NCBI GenBank assembly: GCA_031280785.1
Contig: JAITGI010000042.1
Coordinates: 1 to 62,424, forward strand
Length of the DNA: 62,424 bases
Direction: 5' to 3'
Origin: Candidatus Nomurabacteria bacterium
GTDB taxonomy: Bacteria > Patescibacteriota > Saccharimonadia > Saccharimonadales > Saccharimonadaceae
This document shows positions 39,754 to 49,357 of this stretch, piece by piece; positions within the stretch are counted from its first letter, which is position 1; every line of letters starts with the position of its first letter. The notes below the pieces were generated by a model. That model saw only the letters and a program-made list of their open reading frames with translations, ran no database searches and was not told where the DNA came from. A program made the position numbers and the translations under genes.

Positions 39754-41438
39754 CACATTCTCTCCGGAATTTCGATGCCCAAGATATTCAGACTGTGCGC
39801 AAAAACTTGCGCAGTTTTTGCCAGTAATCCCAAACGCGCCGCCTTAGTATCGGCATCGACACCAGCCGTCGCCACCGGTGTATTTTCGTAATAACGATTA
39901 ACGACGCGCGCCAAATCATAGGCAAATTGCGCCACGCGGTGCGGTTCCAAACTGTCGGCGGCTTGCTTGATCGTATTCGGATATTCGATGAGTTTTTTCA
40001 GCACCTCGCGCTCGGCTTCGAAATTGTATTTGGCGGAGATGGCAGCGGGCGGCGTGGCTATGTTGTCGCGCAAAATTTTATTGACACGCACCGCGGCGTA
40101 TTGCACATATGGACCCGAAAATCCGGTCAGGCTGAACATCGAACCCCAATTGAACAAAATATTTGTTCGGCGATCCTTGCTGAAATCAGTGAATTTTATG
40201 GCGCCCAGGGCGATTTTGCGAATGTCGTTGTCGCTCATGTCGGGCGATTTGGCGTTTTGGCGCGCCGTGGTTTCGGCCTGGTCGAGCAATTCCTCCATCA
40301 AAATCACGCCTTTGCGCGAAGACATTTTTTCGCGCGTGCCGTCCTTGTTCATCTGGTCGATCAACCCGAACCACATGTGAATTAGTTCCGTTTTGATGCC
40401 GATTTTCTTCGCCAAGGCGAATAGCTGTTCAAAATAAAATTTTTGTTCAGCCGCGACTGCATAAATCACACGGTCGGGATGCCACTGTTCCTCGCGGTAT
40501 TTCAGCGTCGCCAAATCCGTCGTGGCATACAGCGCTGCGCCGTTTGATTTTTGTAACAAAACCGGCGTTTTAATACCGTATTCGTCCAAATGCACGATTA
40601 TTGAACCATCGGGATTTTTGACGGCAATGCCAGCGTCAAGCAAGTTTTGCACCTCCGCCTTGCCGCGCGGCGCGAAAAACGCCTCGCCCAGTTCGTGCTC
40701 GGTTGAAATCCCCAGGCGTCCCATCACTTCGTGAATATGATCGAGACTGATTTCGTTAAACTTTTGGCTGTATTCGACAGCTTCGGCGTCGCCGCTCTCC
40801 AATTTTAATAGCCACTCTTGCACCCGGTCGGACAGCGTGTGTTCGCCGCGCTTTTCTTCCTCTTTGAGCTCCGCTTTCATGGCGACATAAACCCGCCCGA
40901 GCTCATAAACTCCGCCCTCCGCCAATTTTTCCGGCGAAGAAAACTTGCGAAAACCGACTACCCAAATGCCAAATGGCGCGCCGTAATCGCCCAGATGGTT
41001 GTCGGTAATGACCCGCCAGCCCGTCGCCAACATCAAATTGCGCGCTGCCCAGCCCTGGTTGCCGGGGCGCAAATGCCCAACACTGTATGGTTTTGCCACG
41101 TTTTGGCTGGGATATTCGACGACAACGGTTTTACCCGCGCCGTCGCGATTTTCGCCGAATTTTTCGCTCCACTCGTCGTTCAGGCTATCGTTCAGCCAAC
41201 GTCCCGACACCGTGATATTAATAAAGCCAGGTCCAGCAATCTCGGCATCAAGATCAAGTTTGGCGACAATTTTTTCCGCCACATCACGCGGACTAGCACC
41301 GACCCGACCGGCGATTTGCATCGCCACATTGGTCGAAAAATCGCCGTGTTCACCATCGGATATTGAGACCGACGACGTCAAATCAACACCGAACTCCGAG
41401 CGCACGATCGCGGCTATCAATTTTGAAATCTTTTCCAT
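39753..41438 (-). CDS. argS: arginine--tRNA ligase
   Basis: Class I HIGH-like SVGHLRPG, KMSSRKG (KMSK motif), and a C-terminal DALR domain. Confidence 0.93.
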   Translation of the reverse strand: MEKISKLIAAIVRSEFGVDLTSSVSISDGEHGDFSTNVAMQIAGRVGASPRDVAEKIVAKLDLDAEIAGPGFINITVSGRWLNDSLNDEWSEKFGENRDGAGKTVVVEYPSQNVAKPYSVGHLRPGNQGWAARNLMLATGWRVITDNHLGDYGAPFGIWVVGFRKFSSPEKLAEGGVYELGRVYVAMKAELKEEEKRGEHTLSDRVQEWLLKLESGDAEAVEYSQKFNEISLDHIHEVMGRLGISTEHELGEAFFAPRGKAEVQNLLDAGIAVKNPDGSIIVHLDEYGIKTPVLLQKSNGAALYATTDLATLKYREEQWHPDRVIYAVAAEQKFYFEQLFALAKKIGIKTELIHMWFGLIDQMNKDGTREKMSSRKGVILMEELLDQAETTARQNAKSPDMSDNDIRKIALGAIKFTDFSKDRRTNILFNWGSMFSLTGFSGPYVQYAAVRVNKILRDNIATPPAAISAKYNFEAEREVLKKLIEYPNTIKQAADSLEPHRVAQFAYDLARVVNRYYENTPVATAGVDADTKAARLGLLAKTAQVFAHSLNILGIEIPERM

Positions 41439-41455
41439 GTTTTGATTATACCAAA

Positions 41456-41731
41456 CTAATCCGATTCTTGCCCGGACTTCGCCTCGTTCGGATCGGCGGC
41501 GAAATTTTTGGCGTCATTGCCACACTGCGTAGCAAAAGTGGCAGCAGCAAGAATCATCAACGATAGCGCCACGGTGGCGATAGCTTTTTTGTGCCGATTA
41601 AACCAGTTGCCATGTTCAATCGACGGCTGATAATCCTCTGGGTCAGCACAGGAAAAGGCTACACTCGGAAAACCATCTTGATTCCGATAATCATATGTCC
41701 GAAATTCCGTATTATACCCATTTTTACTCAT
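41456..41731 (-). CDS. hypothetical single-TM protein
   Basis: 91-aa ORF with TM IATVALSLMILAAATFA. Confidence 0.45.
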   Translation of the reverse strand: MSKNGYNTEFRTYDYRNQDGFPSVAFSCADPEDYQPSIEHGNWFNRHKKAIATVALSLMILAAATFATQCGNDAKNFAADPNEAKSGQESD

Positions 41732-41774
41732 GATATCGACAAATCATACATCATCTCAATCGTTTTGTAAATAT

Positions 41775-43370
41775 TTATTTCCTGAACGAAGCGATAAATT
41801 CCATAAACAACGGGTGTGGGCGGGTTGGGCGGCTGCGGAATTCGGGGTGAGCTTGGGTGGCGACGAAGAACTTGTGTCCTGGGGATTCGACAAATTCGAC
41901 TAACTTGCCGTCGGGGCTAGTGCCGCTAACGACCAGACCGCCGCGTTCGATTTCGGGCAAAAACCGCTGGTTGACCTCATAGCGGTGACGATGGCGCTCG
42001 ATCACGTTCTGCACACCGTAAATCTTGGCTGCCTTGCTGCCCTTTACCAATTTGGCGGGATAGTCACCCAGACGCATAGTGCCGCCAGTCGATTCCAGAC
42101 CTCGCTGCCCCTCCATAATATAAACCACATTTTCCGGCGCCTCTGGGTCAATCTCCTCGGAACTGGCTCGTTTCAGCCCGCCCAGGCGCGCCGCCGCGAC
42201 CACCGCCATTTGCAACCCCAAACATAATCCCAGATACGGTTTGTCATGAGTCAGGGCATAACGCGCCGCCGCAATCTTGCCATTCAGCCCACGTGTGCCA
42301 AAACCGCCCGGCACCAACAGCCCGTCGACTCGTTCGAAATTGCGCGCTGTGGCAGATTTTTCGGCGTCGATCCATTTGATTTCCAGCGCCACATTGTGCG
42401 CCCAGGCAGCACTTTTCAGCGCTTCGGTCACCGAAATATAAGTGTCCGTATTGTCAACATATTTCGCCACCAGCCCGACCGTCACCGTCCGGCGCGGCGT
42501 CTTATTGATGCGATCGACCAATTCTTGCCATGGTTTCATGTCGGGCTTTTTGGTGCCGACAAACTTTTCCAGGACCTTGACAGCGCCGCCGCGCACGGCG
42601 TTGAGCGGCACTTCGTAAACCGAATTAACGTTCGGCATCAACACCACCGCGTCCTCGCCGACACCGGAGAAAGTAGCGATTTTACCCGCAATATTCTCGC
42701 TGCCACCGTTTACAAATTCAGTCCGAGCTGCCACCATGTCGGGGATAATCCCAAATTGACGCAGGTCGCGCAGAGCATTTTGCGCCGGCTTGGTTTTATA
42801 TTCGTGGCTGGTCACCAGATACGGCACGAACACCACGTGCACGTAAAAGCAATTCTCGCGCCCCACGCGGGCGGGAAATTCGCGAATCGCCTCGACGAAA
42901 TGCATACCCTCAATGTCGCCGACCGTGCCGCCCAACTCGACGATATGAACGTCGCTCTGGTATTTGGCGGCGTTTTCCTGGAAAGTGTCCTGGATCAAAC
43001 TGGTAAAATGCGGCACTAATTGCACCGTTTTGCCATGGAATTTACCGGCGCGTTCGTCGGTCAACAGCCTGAGCAGTAATTTGCCCGACGGCGTAATCGA
43101 ATCGTCAGTGGTTTCGATGTCGAGGAAACGCTCATAATGCCCCAGATCCAGATCGGTCTCGGCGCCATCGCGCGTCACGAAACACTCGCCGTGCTCCGCC
43201 GGATTCAACAGCCCAGCGTCGACGTTAAAATACGGGTCACATTTCTGCACCGACACCTTCAGCCCTTTGGCTTTCAAGATCGCGCCAATCGACGCCGCCA
43301 TGATGCCCTTGCCGACACCCGAAATTACACCACCACTTACGAACACATATTTAGTTTTTGTATTTCCCAT
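41775..43370 (-). CDS. pyrG: CTP synthase
   Basis: KYVFVSGGVISGVGKG, GGTVGDIEG, and the glutaminase motif GLCLGLQ. Start ATG 43370 follows GGGGAGAAAA. Confidence 0.95.
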   Translation of the reverse strand: MGNTKTKYVFVSGGVISGVGKGIMAASIGAILKAKGLKVSVQKCDPYFNVDAGLLNPAEHGECFVTRDGAETDLDLGHYERFLDIETTDDSITPSGKLLLRLLTDERAGKFHGKTVQLVPHFTSLIQDTFQENAAKYQSDVHIVELGGTVGDIEGMHFVEAIREFPARVGRENCFYVHVVFVPYLVTSHEYKTKPAQNALRDLRQFGIIPDMVAARTEFVNGGSENIAGKIATFSGVGEDAVVLMPNVNSVYEVPLNAVRGGAVKVLEKFVGTKKPDMKPWQELVDRINKTPRRTVTVGLVAKYVDNTDTYISVTEALKSAAWAHNVALEIKWIDAEKSATARNFERVDGLLVPGGFGTRGLNGKIAAARYALTHDKPYLGLCLGLQMAVVAAARLGGLKRASSEEIDPEAPENVVYIMEGQRGLESTGGTMRLGDYPAKLVKGSKAAKIYGVQNVIERHRHRYEVNQRFLPEIERGGLVVSGTSPDGKLVEFVESPGHKFFVATQAHPEFRSRPTRPHPLFMEFIASFRK

Positions 43371-43439
43371 TTTTCTCCCCTTGTTCATAGTCATCATACC
43401 ACACATATAGTGCTAATGCTAGTGTAAAAAACACTACAT

Positions 43440-44486
43440 TTACGTGAGGTCGCGCGGGAAACTATACTCCGGCGGCAAACCGGTTTCGTCAGTCATCACC
43501 CGGCGCAGGTGATGGTCGACATTTTCAATTCTGCCGGCTTGTTCCACGACATTTGCCGCGGTTTCAACCTTGCCGATATATCGATCGTATTTTTTGCCGT
43601 TATAAACAAAATTCTTAACTCCCGGCGGCACAGCATAGGCATGTGGAATAATGTCAATATTATCGAGATTAGCACCGTTCTTTTTCAACTTCCCCAGCAG
43701 AGTGCCGACGGGTCGAATGATTTTTTCGCCCTCTCCGTTATACTGAGCCTCGTCATTGAAAATATACTGGTGCCCAGCCGACGGTCCGGTCAGGGAGACG
43801 ACTACCGATTGACCGGCGGACAACTCGTTGACGGCTTGCGACATATAGTGATATTCCATCTTCTTCTGCAATATCGACATTTCGGACGTCCCGCCTAATT
43901 TGTCAAGCATTGGCACCGATATCACAGGTAAAAGGTTAATCCAACCCTTTTCCAATTTGTCATGCCATTTGGCAAGCGGTTCAAAAATATTGATATCCGC
44001 TGGCAAAGTAATTTTCTTGTCAGGATACCGTTTGGCTGCCCAAATGCCGCTCAACGCCGGTTCGACCATTGACGGATGGTTAAAAACCACTAATTTCCCG
44101 TGATCGCTGTTTTCGTGGCCACCATCGTATGGGCTGTCCGACATATCATTTGATAGTAAAGGTTTGAGGAATGGCAGCTTGAAAGCAAAGTCTCGATAGG
44201 CACTTCCCCAACCGTCATGCGTATCGGCATAGCGTGTAAACAGCGGATTCAGAGCGAGGGCGAACGCCGCATTCATAGCAGTTGTCCCGAGGAAAGACTG
44301 TTCCCTGATTTTATTACCTTTTTCGCTGCTGGCGAGGGCGGATTCACCACGGCCAACACGGGAAATATATTCATTAATATCGAGTTCGTCGAACGGTGGT
44401 CCGATTATGCCGCTTAGCGACTGTTTGGCAAGCGCCTTGGTCACAAAAAAGTTGTTGTATCCTTTCGAAAATTTGGTTTCGCTCAC
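43440..44486 (-). CDS. hypothetical protein, possibly PlsC-like acyltransferase
   Basis: 348 aa. FNHPSMVEP weakly resembles the HX4D acyltransferase motif. Confidence 0.35.
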   Translation of the reverse strand: MSETKFSKGYNNFFVTKALAKQSLSGIIGPPFDELDINEYISRVGRGESALASSEKGNKIREQSFLGTTAMNAAFALALNPLFTRYADTHDGWGSAYRDFAFKLPFLKPLLSNDMSDSPYDGGHENSDHGKLVVFNHPSMVEPALSGIWAAKRYPDKKITLPADINIFEPLAKWHDKLEKGWINLLPVISVPMLDKLGGTSEMSILQKKMEYHYMSQAVNELSAGQSVVVSLTGPSAGHQYIFNDEAQYNGEGEKIIRPVGTLLGKLKKNGANLDNIDIIPHAYAVPPGVKNFVYNGKKYDRYIGKVETAANVVEQAGRIENVDHHLRRVMTDETGLPPEYSFPRDLT

Positions 44487-44534
44487 CGAAAAAAATATCC
44501 TCGTCCACCCGTTAATATTGTGAAAATTACATCA

Positions 44535-44611
44535 TGGTGGATCATGTTGGGCTCGAACCAACGACCTCAGCAATGTGAATGCTGCGCTCTAGCCAACTGA
44601 GCTAATGATCC
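44535..44611 (-). tRNA. tRNA-Val (anticodon CAC), CCA encoded
   Basis: Reverse complement GGATCATTAGCTCAGTTGG..CAGCA-TTCACAT-TGCTG..GGTTCGAGCCCAAC..ATGATCCACCA. Confidence 0.9.
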
Positions 44612-44662
44612 ATATCGTCAAGCCGAGGACGCCTCGACCATCACGGACGATTATACCATATC

Positions 44663-46441
44663 CTAGGGCGTTTTGTTAACTGTCGTCGAACTGACCGTCC
44701 AATTCACGACGTCGCGATAGCGATCGGCTTCGGTGGCAAGCGTAAAACCGCCAAACGCGCGCACGGCGCGGTCTTGCAACGAATAGAAATTCGCCTGATA
44801 CAACGCCACTGCCGGCGCGTCGTCCAACCACGCATTCACAAACGATTTATACTGCGTTTCACGAGCAGCTTCGTCGGCTTGCGCCCGACCGCGCGTCAAC
44901 GCCAAATCCGCCACCGGCGAAGTGTAATTGCTCAGATTCAAACCCTGCGCCCGAGCGTTCGACGAATGCCAATAGACATACTCATCGGCGTCAGCGCCCA
45001 GTTGCAACTGGTAGACCAACACGTCGTAACTGCGCGGAATCAAATAGTTTTGCTGGAAAGTCTCAGCATCCGCCATGGTCAATTTCGCATCAATGCCAAT
45101 GGCGCGCCACTGCTCGACCAGGCTGTTCGCCGCCGCAACGTAATCTGAATCCTTGACCGTCACCACGTTCAAGGACAGCGGCTGACCGGATTTAGTGCGA
45201 TATTTGTCGCGACCAATCGCCCAGCCCGCCGAGTTCAGCGCTTTGGCAGCTTCGCCAAAGTTATAAATCGGTTGCACGGCGTTATCAACTGTGGTGTATA
45301 TTCCGGGCGCGATCGGCGTTTCCAGCACGCCCGGCAAACGTTCGCCGACGCGCGCCGACGCGCGCACCGCGTCACGATCGACTGCCAAACGCAGAGCTTG
45401 GCGCACGGCCTTGTCGCTGGTCACGCCAGTCGTGGTATTAAATAACGCGAATACACCACTGTCGAGCGGCGTGGTCAAAATAGCGCTGTCGTTACTTTTC
45501 GCAATTTCCTGCGCAGTTGGCAGCGCCAAACCGGTCGCCATATTCACCTCACCGTCGTTAAAGCCGCCGACCAAGCTGTTATTATCGGCATAACTCTCGA
45601 TATGAATCGAAGCGATTTTGGGCGCGCCGCGGTGATAACCATCGTTCGCCACAAAACCGTAAACTGTATTTTTCGACTGAGCAATTACTGTATTGCGATA
45701 GGAATAAGGTCCGGATCCGCGCACCACGTGCTCGGTCAGGTGTTCGCGCATGCCGGCGATCTCGACTTTCACCAGATCCTGTTTTGGCAGGACGCCAAAT
45801 GTCAAAACCTGAGGAAACGATGCCAACGCCGTGCGCAATTTGAAACGCAGCGTCAAATTATCAATTTTCTCGACCTCAATCGCCCGCCAGGTGTCATAGA
45901 GCGGCGAATTGATCTGGGGATTTTGAATCAAGTTAATTGTAAACAGCACGTCGTCAACCGTCACGACCTCGTCGGAACCCTGCCAGCGCACGTGGTTCTT
46001 AATACGAACATCATAGCTCAGCCCGTCCGGACCGGGTAGCCAAGTCTCGGCGATATCACCGCCCAGATTGTTCGTCCCGTCAATTCTCAGCAGGCTGCCA
46101 TAGACCAGCTTGCTGATGGCTTTTTCGTCCTCGGTGGTCGCCAAAATCGGGTTGAATGATTTTACCTCGCCGATTATACCCTCGGCGTAAACCCCGCCGC
46201 GCCCACCAGTCTGGGTCTGGAAATTGACGCCGTAAACCAGCGCCTGGCTCAGCACGATGACAATCAGCAAGCCGAACAGCCCCAGCCAAATTGCCAAACT
46301 GCCACGAATTTCCCGCAAATTGTCGGCGCGGCTACGAAAGAAAACCGTCGAATGACGCGAGGTAACTTGCTCGACATTATCGGCGCGCTTTTGCAGCCAG
46401 CGCCATATCGCCGTAAAGCTGAGTGCCTTTCTCTTGCCCAT
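44663..46441 (-). CDS. ABC-transporter family-5 (peptide/nickel type) substrate-binding protein, membrane anchored
   Basis: 592 aa with an N-terminal TM and SBP_bac_5-like layout. No permease genes are adjacent. Confidence 0.6.
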   Translation of the reverse strand: MGKRKALSFTAIWRWLQKRADNVEQVTSRHSTVFFRSRADNLREIRGSLAIWLGLFGLLIVIVLSQALVYGVNFQTQTGGRGGVYAEGIIGEVKSFNPILATTEDEKAISKLVYGSLLRIDGTNNLGGDIAETWLPGPDGLSYDVRIKNHVRWQGSDEVVTVDDVLFTINLIQNPQINSPLYDTWRAIEVEKIDNLTLRFKLRTALASFPQVLTFGVLPKQDLVKVEIAGMREHLTEHVVRGSGPYSYRNTVIAQSKNTVYGFVANDGYHRGAPKIASIHIESYADNNSLVGGFNDGEVNMATGLALPTAQEIAKSNDSAILTTPLDSGVFALFNTTTGVTSDKAVRQALRLAVDRDAVRASARVGERLPGVLETPIAPGIYTTVDNAVQPIYNFGEAAKALNSAGWAIGRDKYRTKSGQPLSLNVVTVKDSDYVAAANSLVEQWRAIGIDAKLTMADAETFQQNYLIPRSYDVLVYQLQLGADADEYVYWHSSNARAQGLNLSNYTSPVADLALTRGRAQADEAARETQYKSFVNAWLDDAPAVALYQANFYSLQDRAVRAFGGFTLATEADRYRDVVNWTVSSTTVNKTP

Positions 46442-46445
46442 CGCC

Positions 46446-46682
46446 TCACCCGATAATCAATTCAGTAACAATCGACAACACGAAAATCACCGCTGTTGCA
46501 ATCGTAGCGTCATAGAGGTTTTTCTCTATGCCGCGACGGCTGGTAAATAATTCGCCCGACGAGCCGAATCCCGCGCCAAGTGTAGCGCCGCGCGATTGTA
46601 GTAAAATTAACAACACAGACAAGACCGCCGAGACCAACATCACCCACGGCAAAACGATTTTTAATAAGCTTACTAGTTCCAT
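46446..46682 (-). CDS. secG: preprotein translocase subunit SecG
   Basis: LLILLQSRGATLGAGFGSSGELFTSRRG. Confidence 0.85.
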   Translation of the reverse strand: MELVSLLKIVLPWVMLVSAVLSVLLILLQSRGATLGAGFGSSGELFTSRRGIEKNLYDATIATAVIFVLSIVTELIIG

Positions 46683-48118
46683 TACTCTCCTTCTTTGTCA
46701 TATTTTAGCAAATCCGCCCGTTTTTTTCCAATGATTTTGGCAATTTCCGCGTGATCAGCGGCGCGCACCGCTGTCAGGCTGCCAAACACCCGCAATAATT
46801 TGCGTCGCGTAGCTGGTCCAATACCGGGGATTTCTTCGAGTTCGTTTTTGGTCTGGGCGGTGCGTTTCAGCGCCGTGTGATAGCTGACGGCAAAACGATG
46901 CGCCTCGTCGTCCAGCCGCGCCACCAGTTTGGCGATATGGCTGTCGCTGTCGAGACTCAGCGTCTCGAACTCGTCGGCGCGCGGAACGACCAGCGTCACG
47001 GCGGCGTTGCGACCATGATCGCCGCTCTTGTTGCGCCCGACGACCGGGATTTCCTCTGGCGCCAGCAAATCCGCCACCGCGCCGATTTGCCCCGCTCCCC
47101 CGTCCAGAATTACCAAATCCGGTCGCCCCCAATCACGCAGATGTTTCAGCCGCCGCGCGATAACTTCGCGCATCGCCGCCAAATCGTCGCCGCTCTTAAC
47201 AGAAATCCTAAACTTGCGATATTCCGCCTTATCCGCCACGCCGTTGGTCGCCACCACCATACTGGCCGCGCTGTTTTTACCGCCGTGATGCGAAATGTCA
47301 TAGCCCTCGATCCGACGCGGCGGCTCTGGCAGATTCAGCAGATCGCGTAAGCCCACCAACGCTTGATCGCGGCTGATATCCAAAAACTCGTCCCGACCAA
47401 ACACGATTTGCCGGCGCAGCTCGCCGAGGTTACGCAGCTGATTGCGAAAATGCGCCGCCGCCTCGTAATCGCGCCGCTGAGCCGCCGCCTTCATCGCTTT
47501 TTCGATGTCGCGCGTCACCGCCACGCGGTTGCCTTTGATATAACTTATCAGCTGGCGCAGCGATTTTTTGTAGTCCGCCGCGCTGGTCGCGCCAGTTTCC
47601 ACGCCAGGGGTCAAGCCGATTTGCTGTTCCAATTTGCTATTCCCCGAAACGGGAGTTTTGACATAATACGGAAAAATCCGCCGCAGCAAACGCAGTGCGT
47701 TTTTGACCGCCGCACCACTGTAAAAAGGCCCAAAATACTCCGCCCCGTCATCGAGCGGCCGCCGCGTAAAACTGACAAACGGAATCTCGTCGCGCATATT
47801 GATACGCACAAAAGTCTGGGATTTGTCGTCGCGCAGCAAAATATTATAGCGCGGCATATAACGCTTGATCATCTCGCTTTCCAGGAAAAGCGCGTCAATC
47901 TCGCTCTCCGTCGTCGTCCAATCGGTGTCGGCAATCTCCGCCACCAGCGCCCGCGTCTTGGCGTCCATATCTTTTTGGCTCCGAAAATACTGCCGCACGC
48001 GGTTTTTCAGCACCGCCGCCTTGCCCACATAAATCACCTCGCCGTCAGCGGATTTATGGAAATAAACACCGGGCTCGGCGGGTAATTTTTTGAGTTTAGC
48101 GAGCAATTTCTTATTCAT
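46682..48118 (-). CDS. uvrC: excinuclease ABC subunit C (short form)
   Basis: GIY-YIG PGVYFHKSADGEVIYVGKA, UVR motif YEAAAHFRNQL, C-terminal HhH IPGIGPATRRKLL. Confidence 0.9.
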   Translation of the reverse strand: MNKKLLAKLKKLPAEPGVYFHKSADGEVIYVGKAAVLKNRVRQYFRSQKDMDAKTRALVAEIADTDWTTTESEIDALFLESEMIKRYMPRYNILLRDDKSQTFVRINMRDEIPFVSFTRRPLDDGAEYFGPFYSGAAVKNALRLLRRIFPYYVKTPVSGNSKLEQQIGLTPGVETGATSAADYKKSLRQLISYIKGNRVAVTRDIEKAMKAAAQRRDYEAAAHFRNQLRNLGELRRQIVFGRDEFLDISRDQALVGLRDLLNLPEPPRRIEGYDISHHGGKNSAASMVVATNGVADKAEYRKFRISVKSGDDLAAMREVIARRLKHLRDWGRPDLVILDGGAGQIGAVADLLAPEEIPVVGRNKSGDHGRNAAVTLVVPRADEFETLSLDSDSHIAKLVARLDDEAHRFAVSYHTALKRTAQTKNELEEIPGIGPATRRKLLRVFGSLTAVRAADHAEIAKIIGKKRADLLKYDKEGE

Positions 48119-48458
48119 TTTCGTTCAGGTTTAAGGCTGCGTCATCCAGCGGTTCCCCGCCGAAATCGTTCATTTTGTCCAGCTCGACCTGTAATTTGTT
48201 GGCGCGCTGGATAAAATCTTCGACCGCCGCGGCGTCGATTGCGCCGGTCACCGGAAACGGCGCCTCGTCCTCCTCGGACTCGATGATGTTTTCGCGCACG
48301 CTCTCGTAACCCGAACGACTCAAATCAATATTCGCCGCCCCGGACGAAATATAGATCGTGATGCTAATCGTGGTCAGGATCGCCGCCACCAGCACCGCCG
48401 CCAGGATCATGAACGGAAAAGTATGCCTGGCGACCAGATTGATAAATTTTTCCCTCAT
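48111..48458 (-). CDS. hypothetical single-TM protein
   Basis: 115-aa ORF overlapping both neighbours by a few nt. Confidence 0.5.
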   Translation of the reverse strand: MREKFINLVARHTFPFMILAAVLVAAILTTISITIYISSGAANIDLSRSGYESVRENIIESEEDEAPFPVTGAIDAAAVEDFIQRANKLQVELDKMNDFGGEPLDDAALNLNENE

Positions 48459-48964
48459 TTTACCAAACCTCCGACCACTGTTTTGTAATCGTCGATGAGC
48501 CGCCCCAGTTTCACGACTAATTTATGCATTTTGTCGCGACCGGCGCGCATCTTGCCGAGGCTGTCGTAAAAGTCAATCGGTCTCTGGGCGCAGCTTTCGC
48601 CGTAGTCCAGAACCGCTTTAACACCGCTGTTATAGCCGTTATATTCCGAACGAAATTCGCTCAGAGTGTCCTCGAAATCCTTGGTGATTTCCGCCAGCCG
48701 CGGCACGGTTTGACTATTGCTGGCCAAACGCATATTCATGGCGTAAAACAGTCTCAACGTTTGATCATAATCGCGACCGCGGTTGATACGCGCCGTCACG
48801 TCATTACGACTGATACGCTGGATATCGGACTGTGCCGCCGCGCAATTTGCCCGAATTACCTCCTGGTGCTTTTCAGTCGGCTCGGCTTGCGCGTTCATCG
48901 CCCACGCGCCAGCAAAAATCAGCGCCAGCGCTGTGCAGATAACGGTAAATCGCATCTTTTTCAT
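48455..48964 (-). CDS. hypothetical secreted protein
   Basis: Start moved to MKKMRFTVICTALALIFAGAWAMNAQA, a signal peptide. Confidence 0.55.
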   Translation of the reverse strand: MKKMRFTVICTALALIFAGAWAMNAQAEPTEKHQEVIRANCAAAQSDIQRISRNDVTARINRGRDYDQTLRLFYAMNMRLASNSQTVPRLAEITKDFEDTLSEFRSEYNGYNSGVKAVLDYGESCAQRPIDFYDSLGKMRAGRDKMHKLVVKLGRLIDDYKTVVGGLVK

Positions 48965-49139
48965 CAAATTTATTATAGCACATTTTGACGCGTTTTGGGT
49001 GAAATAACAGATAGCGTGCTGCCAATTCGGCATTATTTATTAGTTTTTCCACTTTTTTCCTGGACTTTTCCACAGATTTTTTTAGCAAATCACCCCATAT
49101 TTATACCATCCATGATATATCGTAAGCATAAGCCGAGTA

Positions 49140-49168
49140 TTGACTTTATCAGGCAAGTGTGATACACT
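49140..49168 (+). promoter_or_regulatory. sigma70-type promoter with extended -10
   Basis: TTGACT (49140-49145), 17 nt ending in TGTGA, TACACT (49163-49168). Confidence 0.55.
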
Positions 49169-49177
49169 GGTATAGCA

Positions 49178-49264
49178 ATGAGTAAAAAAATCATTGTTTC
49201 GGGGGTTAAGCCCTCAAAACTTTCACAGTTCAAGCTCTACTATGAGGCGATTGATCGCCGCTAG
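49178..49264 (+). CDS. 28-codon ORF (MSKKIIVSGVKPSKLSQFKLYYEAIDRR) in an orphan transcription unit; may instead be part of an sRNA
   Basis: The ATG lies 9 nt after the -10 (leaderless-type spacing, as at the Nudix gene). There is no SD. Confidence 0.3.
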   Translation: MSKKIIVSGVKPSKLSQFKLYYEAIDRR

Positions 49265-49308
49265 GACGGCTTGAACGCAAGCAAAAACTGCACAAAACGC
49301 AAGTTTAC

Positions 49309-49353
49309 CCCGCTCCACCGGTCGGCGACGACCAAAGAAGCGGGTTTTCTTTT
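49309..49353 (+). terminator. rho-independent terminator
   Basis: CCCGCT..GGTCG-gcga-CGACC..AGCGGG followed by TTTTCTTTT. Confidence 0.65.
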
Positions 49354-49357
49354 GACT

